The notes under the pieces are model-generated. The model worked only from the letters and a program-made list of their open reading frames with translations. It had not been told where the DNA came from and did not search any database. From positions 248,001 through 312,000 of the forward strand of contig NIVC01000892.1 of NCBI GenBank assembly GCA_002269645.1: a DNA stretch of 64,000 nucleotides, read 5' to 3'. Positions 59,201 to 64,000 of this stretch are shown here, in pieces. Within the stretch, counting starts at the first letter, position 1, and each line of letters begins with the position of its first letter. The DNA is from Macrostomum lignano. Lineage: Eukaryota. The translations under genes were made by a program, and so were the position numbers.

Positions 59201-61274
59201 CCCAATATAACAATATTCCTGTAGGTAAAAAAATAAAAGAAACACTCAATTGCCTTTGTAAGATTATATTTCATCTTTTTTTAGAGCAACAATACTTAAT
59301 CATTATTGAAACGTATGAAAGTACTAATGCTGAACTTTTTCACATTAATAAAAATTAGAGTTTGCTAGTGTTCTATTATACTTTTTTAGGTATATTTTAA
59401 AGGTTTCTAAGTTGATAATACAGTTTACTAGAAGTATCTTTGTTTTACTCTACCTATTTCTAATATTTTTTCAATTTTTTAACATTAATAACTATGGCTA
59501 TGGGAATCTATGGAATGTGACAACAACTACCATATTTCTGTAGTCATAGCCGTAAGAGCAGCTAGCTACTGTAGGCATATCCATAGCTGCTGTAGGCACC
59601 TATTTTACCATATTTGCCATGAGATCCTATAGCCATAGCTATGGCTGTGGCAAAACACTACCTTATACCCATAGTCCGGATCATGTTGGGTGCAAGCCTG
59701 AACAAAAATTGAATAATTACAAATGCACGCCAGAAAATATGTAGTGCATGCCCATTCTCAAAAATATGCGATGTTGCAACAATAAATGACCTTTTTTATG
59801 TTGTGACAATAAAATCATTTTTAAACTGCATAATAGACCCTTATTAACAGATAATTTGGTTGCTTTTTATGCTTTTTCAGCAATACTATTTTATGGTGGA
59901 AAATTTATACACGCAAAAATTTGTTTAAATGCCTTTTTATGAGCTTAAAAAACTAGAAAGCTTGAAATTTGCACTTAAAAATAAACTTTTTCATTTTTTT
60001 CTACTTCACAATAACTTTTACACATTATAAAGTGCACGCCAGGTGTGCACGCATACTCTCTTCTCAGGAGTGATGCACACCAATTATGCACGCCTAATTT
60101 TGGCATACAAGGCCAATGCACGCCCGAATTTTTGGGCATATGTACTACATGATCTGGAGTGTGGCCTTATACCAATCTGAACCCTAGGAAGATAACCTAG
60201 TGCTTAAATAACTACAAATTAAGATAGAAAAAAACAAGCATCCCATTGCCTTTGAAAGATTATACTTCATCCTTTTGGCTTTTTATAGAGTAATAATACT
60301 TTGTAGCATACTTTAATAACTTTCTCGAAATTTTGTTAGATTTCTAAAAGTCAAAAACATTTATACTTCTAGAAACTTCTTCAAGTTAGCATCTTATCTA
60401 TAACATACGCATATAAATAGTAGATAATTATTTATTACTAAACTGTTAATATTCTACTCGTATTTGTGTAACATATAACTTTAAGTTTTTAATTGCTTTG
60501 TTAAGATGCACTCAATCTTTCTAGAAATTTCTGGAAGACAGTTACAAATCTATAAATATATGGCAACAGCAGTGACATGAATCACTCTCTCCCCTTGTTT
60601 TCTCTTCGATCTGATTTCTGTTGATAAACTACCAAATGAACCACTGCCTTGCTCTTAGTCAATAACAAAATTAAAGAAAAACCTACAACTTAATCACTAT
60701 TGTCATATTGAGAATCTAAAACCTTTTCCATACTGATAAAATTTAGAGCTTGCTAGGCCTAGTGTTTTATTATATTTATTAAGTATAATCTATAAGTTTT
60801 TAAGTCTATAATACAGTTTACTGAAGTATCTTTGTTTTAATCTACCTGTTTTTAATGTTTTTATTTTTTTAAATTAGGCCCTATATCTAGCTTTCATAGG
60901 AATGATAACAAATATGTTGAACTATAAATATAATACAGTGAAAACTAGCCTAGGCCTATGTTATCTTTGATACTACAACATAAAACTAAGGCTAAAAAGG
61001 CAATTACTTATTGTTATTTATAATTTCATTATCAGCTTTTATTTACCATTGGCATTTGAATTTATCAATACAAAGTCAATATCAAATAAAAAACCTAAAA
61101 TAATAAACTTTCAAAATATCATTGGAGTCTCTTCATAACATAACCCTTCAATAGAGTCTAGGTCCAGCTTTACTATAAATTATAATTTCTAATTTAATCT
61201 ACATGCAGTGTGCGCAGTATGAAAGGCCTACCTTCTGAGTATTTAGGCTTCCCAATTCCCGCCTTCGGTGGCAT
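53220..61274 (-). CDS. MORF4L1: MRG15 / mortality factor 4-like 1 (chromo-barrel + MRG domain), 6 exons
   Basis: Exons 61274-61232 (MPPKAGIGKPKYSEG), 57473-57427 (EKILCFHGPLLYEAK), 57347-57280 (KYFVHYQGWNK), 56468-55922 (WDEWV...LKLWLADD), 54685-54363 (YFN...LLYSNERQQF...YGCMHLLRLFV), 53304-53220; all GT-AG with matching phases. Confidence 0.95.
53447..53725 (+). mobile_element. Full-length CORE-like SINE in the last MRG15 intron
   Basis: GGGGTTGCAGCCTAATGGTCAGAGC...GGTTCGATTCCC head plus core and tail. Confidence 0.93.
54718..55018. repeat. 43-bp minisatellite (GGCAGTTTGACACACTTGAATACAGGGAGTAGCAGATTCAGAT)n
   Basis: About 7 units. Confidence 0.95.
55019..55882. repeat. 34/42-bp minisatellite (GGCAGATTGAATACTGAGAATGGCAGATTCAGAC[GGAAGATC])n
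   Basis: Contiguous with, and sequence-related to, the 43-bp array. Confidence 0.95.
56685..57171. repeat. 28-31-bp minisatellite (GAATTGCTGAGATGTCAAGGCTTACAGGG)n
   Basis: In MRG15 intron 3. Confidence 0.95.
57718..57850 (+). mobile_element. Left-end fragment of the TAGTGTTCTG hAT family
   Basis: About 120 bp similar to 59104-59222; right end not found. Confidence 0.65.
58813..59073 (-). mobile_element. hAT MITE family 1, inverted
   Basis: TIRs CATACATGTGCAAT/GTTGCGCATGTATG; perfect TSD TTCAATGT. Confidence 0.92.
59104..59660. mobile_element. hAT non-autonomous element, TIR TAGTGTTCTGCC/GGCAAAACACTA
   Basis: Perfect TSD CCTTATAC at 59096-59103 and 59661-59668. Confidence 0.88.
59669..60164. 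mobile_element. hAT non-autonomous element, TIR CCATAGTCCGGATCATGT/ACATGATCTGGAGTGTGG
   Basis: TIR 15/18 identical; TSD CCTTATAC at 59661-59668 and 60165-60172; multiple TGCACGCC subterminal motifs. Confidence 0.82.
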
Positions 61275-63284
61275 TCTTTATAATTTCTTTAATTTAATTA
61301 ATAGAAAAGAAGATTAGATAGATCAGTTAGAGAGTGGTAAAACTTTCTGTTGTGTTCACGCTGATTAGTAGCAAAAGCTGGCTGTCAGAACTACCTATAT
61401 CTACTTTAAAGACTGACGAATATAGCAGTGCGACAATCAGTTATTATCATAGATTCATGTAGTTCATTTTTTTTTCGATTCGTACTATTCGATCAACTGA
61501 AAGGCATATTAAAAAAGTGGACTAGATTTTATTAACAAAAAACAAAAGATTTTTTTTTCGCCTGCTAATACAAACTTTCCTTTACATTTGCTACGCCTAC
61601 TTTGCTTTTTTTATCAAGAAATTAACATACCGCTATTTATAACCTTTTAATTTTTTTAAACTGACGACTTTCGTAGAGTAAACCCGTAAGAATACGATCC
61701 ACACGTTGCTAAATGTACTTTTATGTAATTAAAAACAGTGTACCAATTCGGCGCATAAATTATAGTAGTAATGAGAAGGCCGGTTGAAGTGAAAGATACA
61801 TTGATGCGCTCCTGTAATTGTTAAGAGCACTGGAGGAAATTGCAATATGATCGATATACGATCAAAATGTGTATAAGAACTGGAAAGTGCAGCTTACATC
61901 GCAGCAGAAAAACGGCGGCCTCCTCTTGTCTCGGCCGGGGCTATTCAGTCAGACCAGCTTTACACTAAATACAGATACGAACAGATAACAAAGCTGGAGG
62001 TTTGAGGGCCAAGCCAGAAGGCGTGACAGTTGACTCGCTGTACAAACGCAATTAATTGGTGGGGGTGGGTGCAGATTATATGTTGCCTAACAACGGCACA
62101 GAGAAAAACTGCTTGAGCGATAAAGTTCCATGCCCCGCTCAAACTATGCATTGCTCTGCTTTTTGTAAACTAAAATAACAGCTGTGCTTGTTTGACTATT
62201 AAAGTACATGCACATGTAATATGTACAAGTTATACATGCATGTATTGTCTTGAATAATTTTGCGGTATACAGCAGAGAATCCTAGTAGGAGATGTGTGGG
62301 CCTCGATCACACTCATAATAAGTTTTTTTGGAGGCCAGTGTGTTAGAAAGTCTTTTTGGCATGTGAGCAGAAGATATAACAGGAAAAAACCTAGCTGTCA
62401 TACAAAAACCTACATATTTATATGATTTACGCGGTGCATAGCCATGCCAGCAGCTGCGGCAGAACTGCTTAAATGGCGATCGTGATCGCGTATTGGCTGG
62501 AGTCATTTAATGCACGAGAAGTATATATCGTGTTACAATTTCATGGATGAAGGAATTGTTCAAGGCGCACTCGTGACCTAGACATTTAGGCACTCTATAC
62601 AACTATTGAATCCTATATTTAAAGAACCGGCCGGCCGATTCATTCTGTGTATAAGCCATTCTCTATCTCTGTACAGCAACCCGACGTCGGCGACGCAATG
62701 CAATGTATTATACTTTTACATTTGATGAGGACGCACCTTTTTTCAATCTTAGAACCGCACATTTTGCTTCGATGCGCTTTTCCCCTACTGTCAGTAGGCT
62801 AGCTTAGGAATTTCTCTCCATTCTCTCATCTAGGCTAAGTTCTATATTATTTTATGCCATTATTAGTTATGTTAGAAACTCAATGTACTTCTCTTAGAAT
62901 TCTAATTTTGGATTGTTTACGCACATTTGAAGGTCAGACTGTCTGGGTTTGAGATGGATTGACCTCCAACAGTCTATCTAGACAGGCGACACTAAGTCTG
63001 GGAGGAACGTTTTCCACCTCGTTCTGACCCCCAGATTTGTTGCTTTTTTTCTGTTTTCAGTGATTTATGGCCGTCTAGCTGTCACTTTTGGCTCCAGCCT
63101 GTCTGGGTCAAAGAGGTCTTTCCAGCTTTCTCCTTTGATTTATGGGCGTTTTGCTGTCACTTTTGGCGCCAGGATGTCTAGACAAGTGACTTTTATTATG
63201 TTTTGCTTATGATTTATGACCGCACCTGTCAACTTCCCTGGGGTCTGAAGGCCACATGGTGGGGTAGGTTTTGGGGTCTTGAGC

Positions 63285-63425
63285 TCAGCCAATCAGAGTC
63301 GACCTGACTGCCCCCGGCTCGACTAATCAGAAAATTTGGCGCCTATTTTAACAAAAGCTCTCAGCCAATCGGAAAATTCGGCGTGCGTTATAACAAATCG
63401 GCCGCGTGAGAGCTATAAAAGGCGG
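63285..63425 (+). promoter_or_regulatory. Pol II promoter-like module: CCAAT, CCAAT, TATAAAA
   Basis: AGCCAATCAG at 63287, AGCCAATCGG at 63363, TATAAAA at 63414-63420, then a CpG-rich segment; downstream gene or element not identified. Confidence 0.5.
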
Positions 63426-64000
63426 CAACTCGACCCGCGCTCGAGTAACCCCCACCCCCGCTCCTGCTGCTTCCCCGACCCTTCGGGTGTTTCCGGACTT
63501 GCTGGTATCTTGTTCCGGCTGCCCCTTCGGCATCTGAGCCCCCTTCCCCCGGCAGTTTCGGCTTCAACAGCCAAGTTCCCCCTGAGAAGCATCATCAATA
63601 TTGGCTACCGGCAGATAGGTCCTCTGACTGGCTTGGTGAGAGGCTTTCTTGACCTGCTTAACTGTGTGCACCCTTTGTCTGATCCCTTCCTGGGTAGTCT
63701 GATAGGATTTGCACTTTTGCTTACTTGCTTTTGTGTGCCAATCTCGAGGCAGAAGTGTCAGTTAATATTAAAATTAGCCATTTGCTCTAACTCGATCTAA
63801 AGTGTTTAGGATTGCGGATTAAGTGAGAAAGTTACTCGTAAATCTGGAAGTTAAAGACTTAGTGTTTTCTTTCTTTTTCGCAATGCCAGCTGAGATGAGC
63901 GGCTAAATCTAGAGGCAGAGGTCACAGTGGACCGGAAGCGACACAGTTCCCAGTCAATCAGTCGATCTAAGAGATCATTATGTTAAGCATGCAAATTAAG

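Noticed and set aside
61960-62506. Two short minus-strand ORFs upstream of MRG15
   Set aside because: No recognisable domain or consistent splice model; may be UTR or promoter sequence

Overview
Eukaryotic (animal) genomic DNA, most likely a flatworm such as Macrostomum; this is inferred from GC-rich polyQ/polyP exons, minisatellite-filled introns and AT-rich spacers. Host genes: an intronless rhodopsin-type GPCR (+); a 7-exon IMPDH (+) with an upstream in-frame exon adding about 64 aa; a 2-exon C2H2 zinc-finger gene (+); a multi-exon polyQ/coiled-coil gene of unknown family (-); an intronless DEG/ENaC channel (+); an intronless 251-aa orphan (+); and a 6-exon MRG15/MORF4L1 (-). Mobile DNA is dense: 8 copies of a tRNA-headed CORE-like SINE; several hAT MITE families with verifiable 8-bp TSDs, including two different elements stacked in the same target site; a near-intact IS630/Tc1-type transposon with DD30E spacing and a related deletion derivative; a hAT transposase fossil; a RAG1/Transib/Chapaev-like transposase fragment antisense in an IMPDH intron; and a LINE 3' remnant. 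About 17 distinct minisatellites are present, and many introns carry their own. No CRISPR array, rRNA or genuine tRNA gene was seen. All exon models were assembled by hand from GT/AG sites and reading-frame phase and need RNA-seq confirmation.
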